Below, in pieces: positions 39,240 through 53,249 of a stretch of DNA of 64,000 nt (its first letter is position 1; every line of letters begins with the position of its first letter). A model generated the notes under the pieces. The model had not been told where the DNA came from and searched no databases. It saw only the letters and a program-made list of their open reading frames with translations. The DNA comes from Antedon mediterranea (lineage: Eukaryota > Animalia > Echinodermata). The stretch lies in contig NC_092674.1 of NCBI RefSeq assembly GCF_964355755.1, positions 11,284,001-11,348,000 of the forward strand, written 5' to 3'. The position numbers and the translations under genes are program-made.

Positions 39240-39607
39240 TGAAAAGGATTATTCATCAAAATAGATAAAATAGACAATAATTATATTATGGCTCAAACAT
39301 AAAGCATGTAAAGATTTGCTGAGAGCATCACCACATGATAAGTAAGATTCTACTACAGAGCGTGGAACTTTGGACAAAATAATAATATCGTGAGGTGGTT
39401 TCCCGAATGATCGTAAAATCAAAACGGTACTGGGTATGACCAACTAGCGTTATTGAAAAGGATTATTCATCAAAATAGATAAAATAGACAATAATTACTG
39501 TATATTATGGCTCAAACATAAAGCATGTAAAGATTTGCTGAGAGCATCACCACATGATAAGTAAGATTCTACTACAGAGCGTGGAACTTTGGACAAAATA
39601 ATAATAA
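39240..39607. repeat. About 146-bp direct duplication separated by about 68 bp
   Basis: 39240-39386 and 39454-39605 are identical apart from a 5-bp CTGTA insertion in the second copy. Confidence 0.95.
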
Positions 39608-41791
39608 TAATACTTTAGACTAGTATAGTGTAAATTAAAGTTTATGAGTTGGATGATGAGAATATTTCATGAGTTAAATAGTGCATGTAAATCATTAATC
39701 GATTGAAATATTCTCTCCATTCAATGAACACAAAACATTCATCAATTATTATATATTATAACATACCTACACTACCGTTGTAAAATAAACTTTTATTCAA
39801 TTTATCCATCATAATTCATTGATGAAGAAAAACTTAGAGCCGATTCCCTGCAATCATAAAAATGCTATACAATAGTTAATTTGATACAGTTTGGATACTT
39901 CTTTACATCTATCTGAAATTTGTATGTTTCTTATATTTATATTTAATGTTTAAAAAAGATAGACGGACACACAGTTGTTGCATTTCAGTTTCACATCCTA
40001 GCTGTCTCAGATGTTCAGCCACAGTATTTGGGTTTTTAATAACATTTTTATTTGAAACTCGAAATAGGCATATTTGTATATAACGATGGTGTAAATAAAA
40101 TAAATGGATCCTTAATAAACTTCAAAGTTTGGTAAAGTAATAGACTATTTTATGTTATTTATTTTTTCAAAAGTGAAAAGACAAAAACATAAATGTATTT
40201 ACAAAAAATGTTTAAAAATTAGTAAAACATAAATGTTTAGTAAATGTCACTCTACAGTAAAATAATACTTTTATGTAATGTTTTGAATACCATGTTTATT
40301 CTTTTTTTACAATGATTACAGTACACTTGTAATACTTGAGTTTACTAATTTCCAAGGTGGTTTAAACTACAACATTTTAAAGAAAAGAAATTATTAAACT
40401 AAAATACAGTACCGTAGTACTAGTAACAAAAACATTTCAGAAAATGAAGGGATTTGTATGATAACCAATATTTTATAATTTTATATTTAACTTTGATTAA
40501 TGATTAATGATATGCAAGACAATTTTGATTGCTTCACTGTGTAAAAAAATACATTTTAGCTAAAATATGACCTTTATAGGGATTAAAAATAATACATTTG
40601 TATCTGTCTGTTTTCTCTGACAATATTATTAAAATAAGAGCAAAGCTTAAGATATAGACTGTTTTATATGCAGGTAATGTTAAAGAATAACATGGACGTA
40701 GCAATTTCTTAGTAGATTCTCACAATACAGAATGTAAAATTAGCACTAAAAATTGAAATAAAGTACATTGAAATTAACACGTAGAAAGAACAGATAGTAA
40801 TAGAAGTTGGAACAAATACACATTATTTTAATGTGCTTTCTAAACAATTGATTCCCTCTTTGTAAAGTATGTCAAATATTGCGTTGCCTAAAAAACCTTG
40901 TCAAAAGTAAGGGAAAGTGAGAGAAAAAACATTAGAAGCATTAAAAATCAATACAGCTGACTGTACAGCATGAAAGTACATTATGTTGATTAACTATTGT
41001 ACCAATAATTTACAACTTACAATTCAGATGAATCTGGAAACCTTTAGCTCATCATTGAATTGATATTCTGAAGAGTTTTTACAAGAAACTTTTAATAAAA
41101 GGGTATATATATATATATATTATACATCTGCCAGGTTAGGGAGAAGAGAAAGCGTTAGGTTTGGGAGAAAAGTCAACAAAGGTTTTTTTCCTATGGATCA
41201 AAGCAGCACTGTATGCGTAACAACGGCAAATTACTGAACAAATGACAATTCTAAATCTCAATTGATATAAAAACAAACAGAAAGCTAAATCAAGTAAATC
41301 AAGTAAAACCAACCAGTAAGAAGTGCCAGCTTTCAGAAAATATTCCTTTTTCAGGGCTAATATTATACAAATACAGGTACAAAGATTGGTACAGTAGTGC
41401 TATGGTGTATAAGTAAACCTACCTGCGTTTAACTGCTGGAATTCTTTAAGTTCTAAGCTGGGAACACTTCACATTGATGTAATGCTTATTATTCCTCTAG
41501 ACACTTGTCAGATGCTTGCAATCTATAGACTCAGCCACTTCACTAAACTCCACGGTTCTGATTGGTTAACTGTATATTGTGACCTATGACACTTAAATCC
41601 AAGTCGTCTAATGACAGTTAGGCAATGATGAGAACGAGACAATGATGTTGAGGATAAGTTTCATAATTCAGGCCTGTAGCAGTAATTAAGTAGAGTTGAT
41701 CCGATTTCAAGTTGACCAATTTTTGTCAAACCCTAAAATAAAAAATGATATAATCATTAATATTGTCCAGTGAACAAGAGGATAAATAAAA

Positions 41792-41952
41792 TGATTTATA
41801 TAGCGCCAGTGGACTTAGATGTTACAACTTTTCAACAACATTCTTCTCCCCTAAGGGTCACATCATCTAACCGGCGCCATTATGTCTGGGGCTAGTACAC
41901 CGGGTAACCCCTACTCATCTCGAAAGATTTATCAGGCTCTTTAGAGTGCATA
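41792..41952 (-). mobile_element. SINE fragment with Deu/Nin domain
   Basis: Minus strand GCACTCTAAAGAGCC...CTTTCGAGATGAGTAGGGGTTACCCGGTGTACTAGCC resembles the Deu/Nin-domain consensus. It ends in an L2-like GCGCTATATAAAT. Confidence 0.7.
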
Positions 41953-42914
41953 CTACAAATATAGATTTAAAAAAATGTGTATACCAATTCGAGAAAGCAA
42001 ACAAAGCGTTTGTGAAATGTAGCAGAAAAGAAAAATTACTTTTTTGTACAAATTTATTTGAAAAATTATTTATTTGGATCTGAATGAAATTATTTTTTAG
42101 AATTATTGGATTAATGGATAAAAATGCGTAACAACAAAAATGAATGGTTTCCATTATTTTTGCATTTAATACAGGCAAAATTACACATTAGTTTATATAA
42201 ACATTTGGAAGAGAAACTTTTGTATTCGGTCCCATCCCGTGTAACAGGGAGCCTGAATGTCACACATGAAAGAATTCCTTTTTTTATACTATATTAACAA
42301 TTTCCATTATTAATGATAACTTTTCAAATTTGACATTATGTTTATAAGAAAATGACATGTTCTGATATACTTCTTCTTTTGCAAGAAGTTGTGGTCTTCC
42401 CATGGGTAAAGTTCAATATTCTCCTTTAAGCATATTAGATCAGGGTACTTTTGCTATAGAGAGGCCCTACTGTCGATAGGCCAACCTGCTTTAAATACTG
42501 CTTGAATTGTTTTGACTGCATTGTGTCGAGTCATTATATCCCACAGCCAATTGTGCGGGGTACAGTATCTAGGAGCAAGTGATTAGAGTTTAATTATTGT
42601 GCATTTGACACACCTAACTGTATAAGCCTGGCCTTTTATTTTTGAAATATTTGTGGAACCATGATGCTCGTATTCTCCAGCTAATTGTATTTTATTGTTT
42701 ATGATCAGGTACTTTTGTGTCATTTATGATTTTCAGGCAAAATTTAAATACTTTTATCATATGAAAATGGTTGGTCAAAATCTGTGTAGTTTTCTCATCT
42801 CATCTAAAAAACACAGACATTTTTTAAAACCGCTTTGAATAAAGCTAATATATACAGTAAAGCACAATAAGTATCAAAATTGTATTTTTGTTATCAAAAG
42901 TCAATACAAATTTT

Positions 42915-43105
42915 TTAGGTGGCCGCTTACAGGAGGTAATTTATCAAATTGAAATTTTTGTAAAAAAAGTAGACGTAGCCATTTACGGGAGGTGGCCGCG
43001 GCTATTTACGGGAGATGGCCGCTTACGGGAGGTACCAAATGCATATTTTAGATTGAAAGTACAAACAGTGCGGCTGTTAAGGGAGGTTCAGAGAGGTGCA
43101 ACTGC
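42915..43105. mobile_element. Terminal part of a Tc1/mariner-type MITE
   Basis: Repeated GGCCGCTTACGGGAGGT units ending GAGGTGCAACTG. Confidence 0.55.
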
Positions 43106-43469
43106 ATAGCGAAAACATGTCCTAGACTGGGTTAAGCATCAAAACTAACTTTTTTAATATCCACACAAACTCGGCTACGCATAGCCGGCTTTGGTTTAAC
43201 AACACTTCACGCCCGCGTGTCCCAGCAACGCTCGAGAGACCCAAGAAAGTATGAAGGATCGCGTAAAAATGTATAAACTTTTGAGGTCCGGCTCGATCAT
43301 CCTTATCATTATTTATTTTCAACTTTAAAATTAATGATTTAAAAATTAAACGCAAGTCGCAGTAACGTTACGTAGACTCAGGCTCAGACTTCTTTTGTTG
43401 TATACGTTAGACAGACACTAGACCTTCGATCCAAATTATCCATCCGTGATTCCCATGGTGACAACTGCC

Positions 43470-44333
43470 ATGTATTTTCATTATAAAATTGATAATAAAG
43501 TACTGGAAAGTGTAACAGAATACAAGTATCTTGGTGTTACCTTGTCTTCAGATTTGAAGTGGAATAAACACATCTCCTGACTACTGGTAAATGCAATAAA
43601 CTTGTTGGATTTATTAAGAGGTGTGTTAGAACCAATGATCAGACCGTTTTTCCTAAATTATTTAAGTCTATCATTAGGCCTGTATTTGAATACGCTTCAC
43701 CTGTCTGGTTTCCATTTCTGCAGAGCACCATCAATCAGATTGAATCTGTTCAGAGACGCTTTACACGATCATGCTTCCCACATTTTTTTCACATTGATTA
43801 TGACATGCGGCCGTCATACGAACAAAGGTTCCGGACTCTAAAATTACCCACGATTTATAATAGACTTAAATTCATCCGTGTTAAATTTGTTGTGAAGTGC
43901 CTCTGTACAGATTTCCTAATTGATGGTGCTTTGCTACCTAAACCTGTTGAACGTAGAAGTGAGAAACTTGTTTTTAGACATGAGAAGTCTCGTACTAATG
44001 CTTTTTTTTACTCTGTTTTTATTTCATTTCCACGGATGTGGGATGAGATTCCGGTATATATCACAGACATGTTTATTTATAATGATTGCAATTTTTATTC
44101 TGTTTTATATAAATTCTATGTTACCGGATTGTTAAATGTTTAACCTTGTTTCTGTTATTTTGCCACCAGCACTATCAGGAGAGTCTATTATAGCGATATT
44201 TTTGCTTTTTGACAATCCGCCAGGATAGTGTCCTGCGTTTTTCTATGCTTGTTTTTGTTTTATGTAATTTATGCTTTTTGTATTATTGTTTTTATTTTTC
44301 TGGATAATAAATGAATATATGAATATGAATATG
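43470..44333 (+). mobile_element. CR1-group LINE 3' fragment
   Basis: YKIDNKVLESVTEYKYLGVTLSSDLKWNKHI ... IRPVFEYASPVW...QIESVQRRFTR ... SFPRMWDEIP across frameshifts, followed by AATAAA and a (GAATAT)n tail. Confidence 0.88.
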
Positions 44334-45867
44334 CCTAGTGGCTGCAACATTATGAGAGTATGTTTTCATACGTGTTTCATCCAATCATCACCAGGGTAAT
44401 GTAAAGCGTTTAGATGCTTTGTGCATTATGCGCTACATAAGATCGACATATTTAAAAAAAATGAACATATGTAATAGCATTCAAAGAGTACAAACAACCA
44501 CATTTTGGTGTTTTTTTTTTCAATTTTACTGTACATAAATATTGGTAAAACATCATGGATAGTTTGTATCTGTCATTCAAATTTTTTTAATTACAATCTG
44601 TATTTCTAACTTTCTATGATATCCGTAGGTCCTGTTATTCATCAAAAAAGCATCAGGAAATTGCACAAATGAAAACAAGCATGGCTGCATATAGTCAACA
44701 ACTTAAACATCTCCAGAAAAACAAAAACAGTTTATTTATTTTTTCTAGAGATCACAAAATTCCTTTTCTATTGCACTATTGTATTATTTCTGTGAAGAGA
44801 CGTTAACCTACTAAAAATAGGAAAACAATCATAAAAAAAGCTGTACAATAATTAATACAGTTTGATTAGACTTCTTTAGGCTACACCAAATCTGAAATTT
44901 ACATGTTTTTATAATTTATGATTATTTTTTTTTATTTTCGCAAACTTGTTGCCTCTCAGTTACTCATCCTAGCTGCCTGTTTGGTGGTAGTTAGATTTGA
45001 TAACATTTTATTTGGACTGTACCGATATCGTTTCAAATTTGTATCACCTACCAAAACAAAATGAAAGGTTTTCAATCAAAATCTTTTATTTCATGAACAT
45101 ATTTAAATGATATAAAGATGAAGAAACCCGTGAGAATGAGAAAGTCAACCTAACCAAGAACAGAAACACTGACACTTTTGCTTAAAAATGTACATTTGAT
45201 AAAGTGAGAAAAAACTTTGTTGTTCTCTGATGGAAAATAAGAAAGAAATAAAAACCTATTTCTTTTAGATCTTGTAATTAAACACTTTGGGACAATCTGT
45301 AGATTATTAAAAGCACTATATAAATTTAAATTAACATTAAATACATTTGAAACTTTGAACTTTTACCTTTCTGCATGCAAATTTCTTTGCTAAGTTCAAA
45401 AGTATACACAGAAACAACACCAGCAGGCATAAATTGTCAAATAATATAAAGACAGCAGAAATGGATTGTAGATTAGTTGTTAGATATAAGTTCAAGGAGT
45501 TTGTATATTAGCATCTCTCAGTTAATTTACTTTAATATTTCATTGAAATAGTGATGACCAAGCCAAAGGCTATTGTGGAGGTAGACATGAAGCTGTTCTG
45601 AGATATCAAACCTGATAATACATTGGAAACATTATAAACATACAGCATGCTCATAGACAGTAGAATAGAAAGTAGAAAAACAACATTTTGATGAGAATTT
45701 AATTGTGTTGATTACATTATCTTAAGCTAGAACATTTAACAATAATGAGAATGAAATTCTTTTTCTAATCCCCTACTCCTTCAAAAACACATATTTTATA
45801 TTGTTTGTTTAAAACAAAATGGTCTCATTTAATAGTGAAGCGGTTTTATGTTAACTATTTACTGCAG

Positions 45868-46008
45868 GCACAGTTGCATCCAGGCACCCCCAAATTCAAG
45901 GGGGACACCAGCAAAAACCTGAAAAAACGAGTGGTGGCGCTAGACAGCACCAAGACACAATGCGTGAACAAGGCTACCGATGCAAGTAGCCAAAATGTAG
46001 CACAAAAA
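45868..46008 (+). CDS. Candidate internal coding exon of an unidentified host gene (47 aa)
   Basis: Acceptor TATTTACTGCAG, donor AA|GTAAGT, length 141 nt, GC-richer than its flanks. Only the phase-0 frame is open: AQLHPGTPKFKGDTSKNLKKRVVALDSTKTQCVNKATDASSQNVAQK. Confidence 0.6.
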
Positions 46009-49000
46009 GTAAGTCTAAGTTCATTTTCACAAAAAAATACAAACATAAATTATTTGAAACCAGATGAAATTTGTTGAGAATTTTGAAGAAAAGTTCTGCA
46101 TGTTATTTTTATTCTGAATGGTTGACAACTACAGTATATAAATTGAACTTATGAACGCGATCTATAAGGAAAGATGTGATTAAGACATGAGAATACAATG
46201 ATCAAGGGAATGCCCCTTATTGTCACAAATCCTGAAATGTCATCAAAATCATAAATCGGTTTACATGCTTTATGATTTATAATATTTTCAAAGTTGAAAT
46301 AGATGCGGACATTTACTGAACACATAAAAAAATTATCAATTATAAACAGATATTCACTAGTACTGTATAAGTTCAACTTAAGTTAAACAATATCATAGTA
46401 TTTTGTCGTTTACTTTAAAATGGTTCTATGATGGCTCCTTTTGTCATTACAGTTTGTGCAGAAAGAAAATTGCTCATTGAAATATTGAATGTTTTATTTA
46501 ACTTTTTAATATTTTTTGTAGAACAATTAAAAGTACAGTACTTTTTTTCAGTTTTGAATGAATAGATAGCACTTATGTTCACATAATTTCTACAAATCAA
46601 CTGTCTGTACAAAATGATTTTTGTTTCATATTTATTGTTTTTTTTTACAATTATATGTAGTTTATAGTCAAAAGAATTGTTAATACAGAACTTATGATAT
46701 GGCTTTTGTGGATATTGATTTTCTTTGATGTGCTATATCTTAGATTACTACAGAAACTTTTTTTATTGCTTTCTTGTATTTTTTAATTATGCTTATTATA
46801 TCATTAAATTCTTCTGGTGTTATTTTATATATTGATGAAATAAAGTATTATAATTAAAGTGCAAATAATTCAATATGAATATCAAGTTTTAATTCATTCC
46901 CATCATCAGAAAGTCGTTTTAGTTTACAAATACTAAAAATAAATTTTAAAAGGAAACAAACATTTATGTAACAAGATTAAATATGAAATTTCAACTTCAT
47001 GAACTTTAGAAGACCAATACTTACTAGGCCTTCGTAATCTCCAATTATTCATAAATTCCAAGTTCTATTAATAAGATTTTATTTTTCATCAGATATACAG
47101 TCAATCTCAAATGAGCAAATTTTCTGTGATTATTTCTGTTTATGACAAAATGTTTTTCAGTCATTGGAAACCTTATCTTTCAACATCATTCAAATGTTTT
47201 TTTTAGAACCTTATTATGAAGGAAACACTATTTTCAAAACTTCAATAGTCTATAAAAATAAAAAAGATTGTATGAAGCGTTGAATTGACAACATAGTTTA
47301 CTTGAAAAAGCAAATGCAACGTTTGTAAACATTTGTAGTAAATACTGTACTTTTTATTGCATACTTATCTATTTATTAGATCAACAAAAAAGAAGATTCA
47401 CTTCTATTTTTTGTATGGTCATGTTTCATTAGGACCAAACATAAAATAATGACTGGTTTGCACATTTTTTATTTTCAGTAAGTGACTGTATGCACTTATT
47501 TTTTAAAAATAAGGAATCAAGACAAATGCAGTAAGGTATGATTTTACTTTCAAAATATTTATGAGGCACAAATTAATTTTCTAAATAATAAGTTAAGATT
47601 AAACAAATTGTAGTTACAGCAGTAACTGCAGTAAAATAATGTTTACATTATCCTTAAATTAAACATAATTTTTATAGAAAATATTGAAAAGCTTATTACG
47701 AATCAGTTTATATTAAAGAAAAATTATTTACTGTACAGTGCCTGGAAAATTGAGAGGCCCTCTGCATTGACAAAACATAATATGTATCGACTAAACCTCT
47801 AATAAGCAGCAACCTTCCGGTTCCAGTAACATATTGTTGACCTTCTACTGCAGTAACAATGTATACGTAGACGAATGCATAGAAAACACATTTTGTAAAT
47901 TATTCAGCAAGATAAATTCTACAACTTGTTAGAAAATAAATACCAAAGTTTGACAAGTTAATCTGGTCAGTAATCATGGAAATGGAGGGCAAAATAAATT
48001 AACTTAAGACTTCCCTCCAGGAACAATTCAAAATTGACAAACACAGACATTCAAAGAACTTTTAACCTCTATTGAAATCCTCATAACTTTTTCCCCAGTT
48101 TCTCATTTCAGCAGAGTTAAACTAAGAGGAGTAGATTGATATGAATCTGGCGTAAGAAATCCTGGATTATACGCTTGAGATGTACTTAAATCCATGTATG
48201 AATCAATTTCAGATTTTCATCTCTGGAAAACAACATAGGTTGTAAGACAAAACACTGGCAACGGATTACAGCTTGGTGAAAGAGATTACTGAAGAAAGAA
48301 AAAACTAAGAGTAGAAGGATTAATATCAATCAGCATGTAATGTAACATATCAAATTATTTCCTTATTGGGAGTCTCCTAAATCCTAATGCTTACATTTGA
48401 GTAGGCAGAGAAAAGATGACAAACTATTACATAGGTATACATTAAATTGTTGATAATTAATTGCCAACAAACTACTGTACTGTAATGTCTCTTTCAAAAG
48501 AAATGGTTATGATTTTCTTTTTATTAACAGTGTAAATAATTAGATAGTTAATGACAAGCATTATGATACTTATAAAGCCTAATGGGAAACTAGGTTAGTG
48601 TTTTAATAATTATACAACATAATGTAGGCGAATCCAAGTCTCACCCAACCCAAATTTGCCAAAAACAATAAAACATAAGGTATACATAGAATAAGCCACT
48701 GGATCTGATACAAATATAAACAAATATACTGTAGTTCATAACACACATAAGTGTATCTTTGCCATTTGATTGGATCATTTTGTATCACATCCCATTCTTC
48801 AGTTCTATTGCATTGTAAAAGTCCTATTACCGGTAATGGTACAAATAATTTCATTAGGTGAAATATAAAATTCTATTTTCACTTGGATTCTTAATAACTA
48901 ATTCTGAAAATAAATTTTCAACTTTCACTCAATGAAACCATGACACTCATTTGTATAAATATTATCTTGTACATAAGTTTGTTGAAGTGCTGTGGTACAT

Positions 49001-49438
49001 TTGATCATTTACGGTAACATCAAAAGATGTCATAAAGGATATATAGAAAAGGCAAGATTACACTTAGAGGATGCAAAAGATCAGAGGAAATGAAGAAGTG
49101 CAATTTTGGCCGCTGACTCCTAATTGTTGGGATAAAGAAGATCACAAAGTAATACTCCTTTTACACTGTCAAGCTGAAAATAAACTTATGTTATGTCCAG
49201 AAAATAGTCAAAATACTGACTTCTGATGCATTAACTAGTACACTAGATTATTCTGTTTGCGTCGGGTTACACAATGACAAGACCGTAGCCAGGGGGTTTT
49301 GTAGGGTTCGAAACCACCCGGTAAAATCCTGGCTACAGGCAGCATTTTTTTTTTAAACCTTTATTAAACAATAACATAAGCATGAAACAATGCATAAAAT
49401 CATTATTTTTTTATCGGATTTCAAACAAACAATTTGGT

Positions 49439-49490
49439 GGCATCATCTGACGAATTCTTCCATCGGCATCATCTGACGAATTCTTCCATC
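49439..49490. repeat. Perfect 26-bp tandem duplication
   Basis: GGCATCATCTGACGAATTCTTCCATC x2. Confidence 0.95.
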
Positions 49491-50750
49491 AAGTAGACAA
49501 CAACAACAACTTTGCAATACAGGTAAAGATATTAAAATACCTCATAATTAATATCATTACCATATATTTTTGTGGTAACATAAAGAGGTAAAAAAATTTG
49601 AATGATTGCTAAAATTACTTTGTGTTCAAAGGCTTGACCTAGTTCTGTTTCTAATGCACAGCGCCAGATAAAACATTTATTTTTACTGTTTTATTTATAA
49701 TTTTATATGATGATATGCCAGTTTTTAAAAGCAAATTTCTGTTAATTTCTTTTTAATGGAAATAAAGATATATACGACTATGACTATTTCAAAATAGAGT
49801 TAAAATATAATTTTTAAATCAACTGCATCTGCTAAATTTGTGCTCCTGAATAACCGCTTAAATCAGTGGTGGTCGTTGATGGAAGTGGTTAGCATTATCC
49901 CAAAATGCAATGAGCTCTGACGATCAATTCATTAATTAATTTATCCACACAGTTAATAACTTAGAATTAGAAAAATGAAATCTATATCTACAATTAATTT
50001 TTTTTCAAATTTGTTACTCTTCTTTTCTAGTTCTGTCATTTGTGTAAAAATTATGTAATGTAAAATACAAAAATTGAAACAAGGGGATAAATCGATAATT
50101 AATTAATTATTGGAATCAAAATGTTGTTGCCTGCACCTGGCCTTTAAAAGATTATTTACCATTTCCTGAAAATGGTTTAAAAACTATAAATATAATATTT
50201 ATTGCAAGACATTTTTTTTTATTGCAGATGTAATTGAAACATTTATCATTCTCTGAAGACAGTATAGAGAACAAAATATAGCAGGAAATGAAACACGCGG
50301 CTTTTAGGATTCTAACCTATGAATGAAAGGCACAAGTTCTTATTGATGGATTTTTGTGGCTATATATAAAACATTCTTTATTTCTTATGAAAGTAATGCT
50401 GTTTTAAATAGATCTTGTGAAAACTGATATTGTGATATTTAATCCATTGTACCACCGTCATAATTTATTGATTTTTTCCAAATGGGTTTCCTCCATCATA
50501 GTGACTGCTTGTCACATTGCGCTGTCTTGCCTCCTGGTCTCAAAGATAGAGGCAGTGTTGAACTAAAAAACAACCACCTTTTTAACTTTAGATTTTGGCA
50601 TGACACAAGGAAGAGTGTCCATTCATGTGGCATTTATTATTTATTTTATTTTCTATTGAAGTTGAAGGTAAAGAAACAGTTTAAAAAACTGTCATCAAAA
50701 GATACCTACAGTATGTCAACAATACATATCTTGAAACAAACAAAATTCAA

Positions 50751-50965
50751 AATTTAAAGTTCTCGCGCACAAATTGGATGAGAGACTCATTTGGTCGAAA
50801 AGCTATTATATTATGGAATTCGTTATCGGAGGATGTAGTAGCTTCAAGATCAACCAATCAATTTAAGTCCGGTCTTGAACGGGCATGGTACTAAAACTTA
50901 GACTATAACATTAAGACTAAGAGAAAGCTCATTATTCCTGGCATATATCTAATATTGTGATAATG
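50751..50965 (+). mobile_element. CR1 LINE extreme 3' fragment
   Basis: Translates FSRTNWMRDSFGRKAIILWNSLSEDVVASRSTNQFKSGLERAWY*, the typical CR1 ORF2 C-terminus (WNSL..VV...FK..L). Confidence 0.8.
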
Positions 50966-51245
50966 AATTTTGAAATTCATAAATCAAATGAGAAGAGGAC
51001 AGGTATAAATTATTTGATCGTTGCGTGATAATTCCTATTAACATTATTTATAGTAAGGCATGTTAAATATGAATCTCAATACTCAACAATATTTTAATAA
51101 ATGATCTTTATGTTTCAATGAGAAAAAACACTAGGATTAGAATAAACCAATAATGTCTTAATCATATTATGTACATTATTCTTATTTTGCTATTATTGAA
51201 TGAAACTTCAATGTTCTTGAAATTGAAAATTGAACACATTCATTA

Positions 51246-52110
51246 CCGTATATTTCGGTGTATAAGTCACACTTTTGACACGCAAATTTGACCTCTAAAT
51301 TAAGGGTGCGTCTTATACACCGAACATAAATGCCTCACCACACAGATTGTACATATTGGCCTATCGTCACCTCGTTTGCTAGGCTAGGCCTGAGTAGGCT
51401 AGGCCTAGCTACAGTATACTAACGTAACGGCAACCTGCTTCTGCCTAGTTTTCAAGGCATTTTAGCATGATGTTATACTAAATATGATGAAAAGATTTGT
51501 TCATTATGGAGCGGTTTTAGGCGCTCCGATAAATTTCATTTGTAAACATTTACGTACAATCGATTGGAATAGTATTTATTTATAGTTATACACACGATCG
51601 CCGACCGCCGTACCCCTAGCGCAAGCCCTTCTTGTGGGCGGCCACATGGTGTACAGTATTCGACTAGTATATTCTCCAGGTGATTATAGCATGGACCTAG
51701 CGTACACACTTCTCGGATACATAGATACTAATCGAATACGATTGTCCGTGAAAACGTGCGCCCTCTCGAAATGATCGAGCGAGGCTAGCCCACACACGTA
51801 CATCGTGTTACACACGGTCATGCACTCGATGTTGTTGCGGGTGCAAACTAATGAATAACAAGTTAGAAAGAACTTGTTGAGGCTGGGCCCGGCCAAGCCT
51901 AGGTAAGAAAAAACCTAAATAAAGGACGCCGTTGTAGATATAACAAAATATATTATTACAATAATATTGATTACAATTTAAAAAAAAACATTGTTTTGAT
52001 GAAATATAAGGTGCGTCTTATACATCGACGATATAAAAAATACCGATATTTTACTCTCAGTTAGGGGTGCGTCTTATACACAGGTGCGACTTATACACCG
52101 AAATATACGG
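51246..52110. mobile_element. Tc1/mariner (pogo/Tigger-like) non-autonomous element
   Basis: TA|CCGTATATTTCGGTGTATAAGTC ... GACTTATACACCGAAATATACGG|TA. Internal GGTGCGTCTTATACA repeats and no transposase ORF. Confidence 0.92.
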
Positions 52111-53249
52111 TACATCATTTTACTTGAGCTTACTTCCGTGTTTTGATTTTGGTTTTTGATTATTTATTCAACATCTCAAGAGAGATGATCCAGTAACAAC
52201 ATTGTATTTTTAGTAATTCGCAGGCTGAAAAGAATTTATTTAACTAAATAACTCAACATTTTTTTAGAAATTACAAAAAGTCTTTGAAAGCCACTTCAAA
52301 ATGATCAGTTTGAGTAAGTTTAATATTTTTTTCTTATTTTTAAGCAGATATATTCATTTATTTAATTTATATAATCTTGTAACATAAACAAGAACAAGGG
52401 CTGTCAGGGATTAGCATTTAACTTACTTGCTTTCTCTCGGATACTGTAGGGTTTAGGCTATAATGTTATCAAATGTTTCATGAAATATTTGAGACAGCTA
52501 GAGTACGTTTTTGCATTGTATCTGCCTATCTCTGAATGAAGCATAATTCATAGATACAATTTAAAACCCAGACAAATTAATTTTGGTCAATCAAACAGGA
52601 TGTGAAGCAGAATGAAATCGTAATAATCAGAAAAATATACCCAGTTTATTGTTAACCTTTAACCCAAGTGAAAAAAAAAATATGTCATCACGACTTTCTT
52701 CATCTTTAATAATTACAATTGGGAGTAACTTAGTTCTCCTTACATAACCTTAATAGTTTTCTTGCAGCTTAATTATGGCATTTTTCAACGGACATTACGA
52801 TAGAAATAGTGAGTATATTATACTTGTGTTAATATGACATTTGGTATGTACTAGGATATGTACCCTAATTAAACAACGGATGCATAATCTTATTTTACAA
52901 GTATGTACAGTACAAATTCCCAGCCCACATTAGAATGCAATTATTATAACAGACAATTAAGTCACCAGAATGAAACACAATTTTCTTGCTAAAAGTCCAC
53001 ATATTCAAGAATAAAGTTTTCAAATGGATGGTTGGAAATTTATTTTAACCGAGTTTATTTTTAATAGTACAAGCAGTATTTTATAAAATTGTTTTTTTAC
53101 ATTTTCAAATCTCTTGTTTTTAAGATACTTTTTTATTGTCATTTGATGTTTTAATGTATTTTATATAATTGCCAATGTTTATGGACGAATAAATAATCTT
53201 GAAACTTCAATAGTACTGTAAATAGATTTTAACTTTATCGTTAATTTAA

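Noticed and set aside
41310-41560. Minus-strand Penelope end / hammerhead (CCCTGAAAAAGG...CTGAAAG)
   Set aside because: The core deviates from CUGANGA, there is no stem III and the coding remnant is not convincing.
43120-43440. CpG-rich block as the 5' UTR of an internally deleted LINE ending at 44333
   Set aside because: No convincing TSD spanning both parts. It could be an unrelated MITE interior.
833-52112. TACCGTA/TACGGTA as footprints of CCG-ended elements
   Set aside because: Only about 8 copies, two of them MITE ends, which is close to the composition-based expectation. No filled/empty pair was seen.
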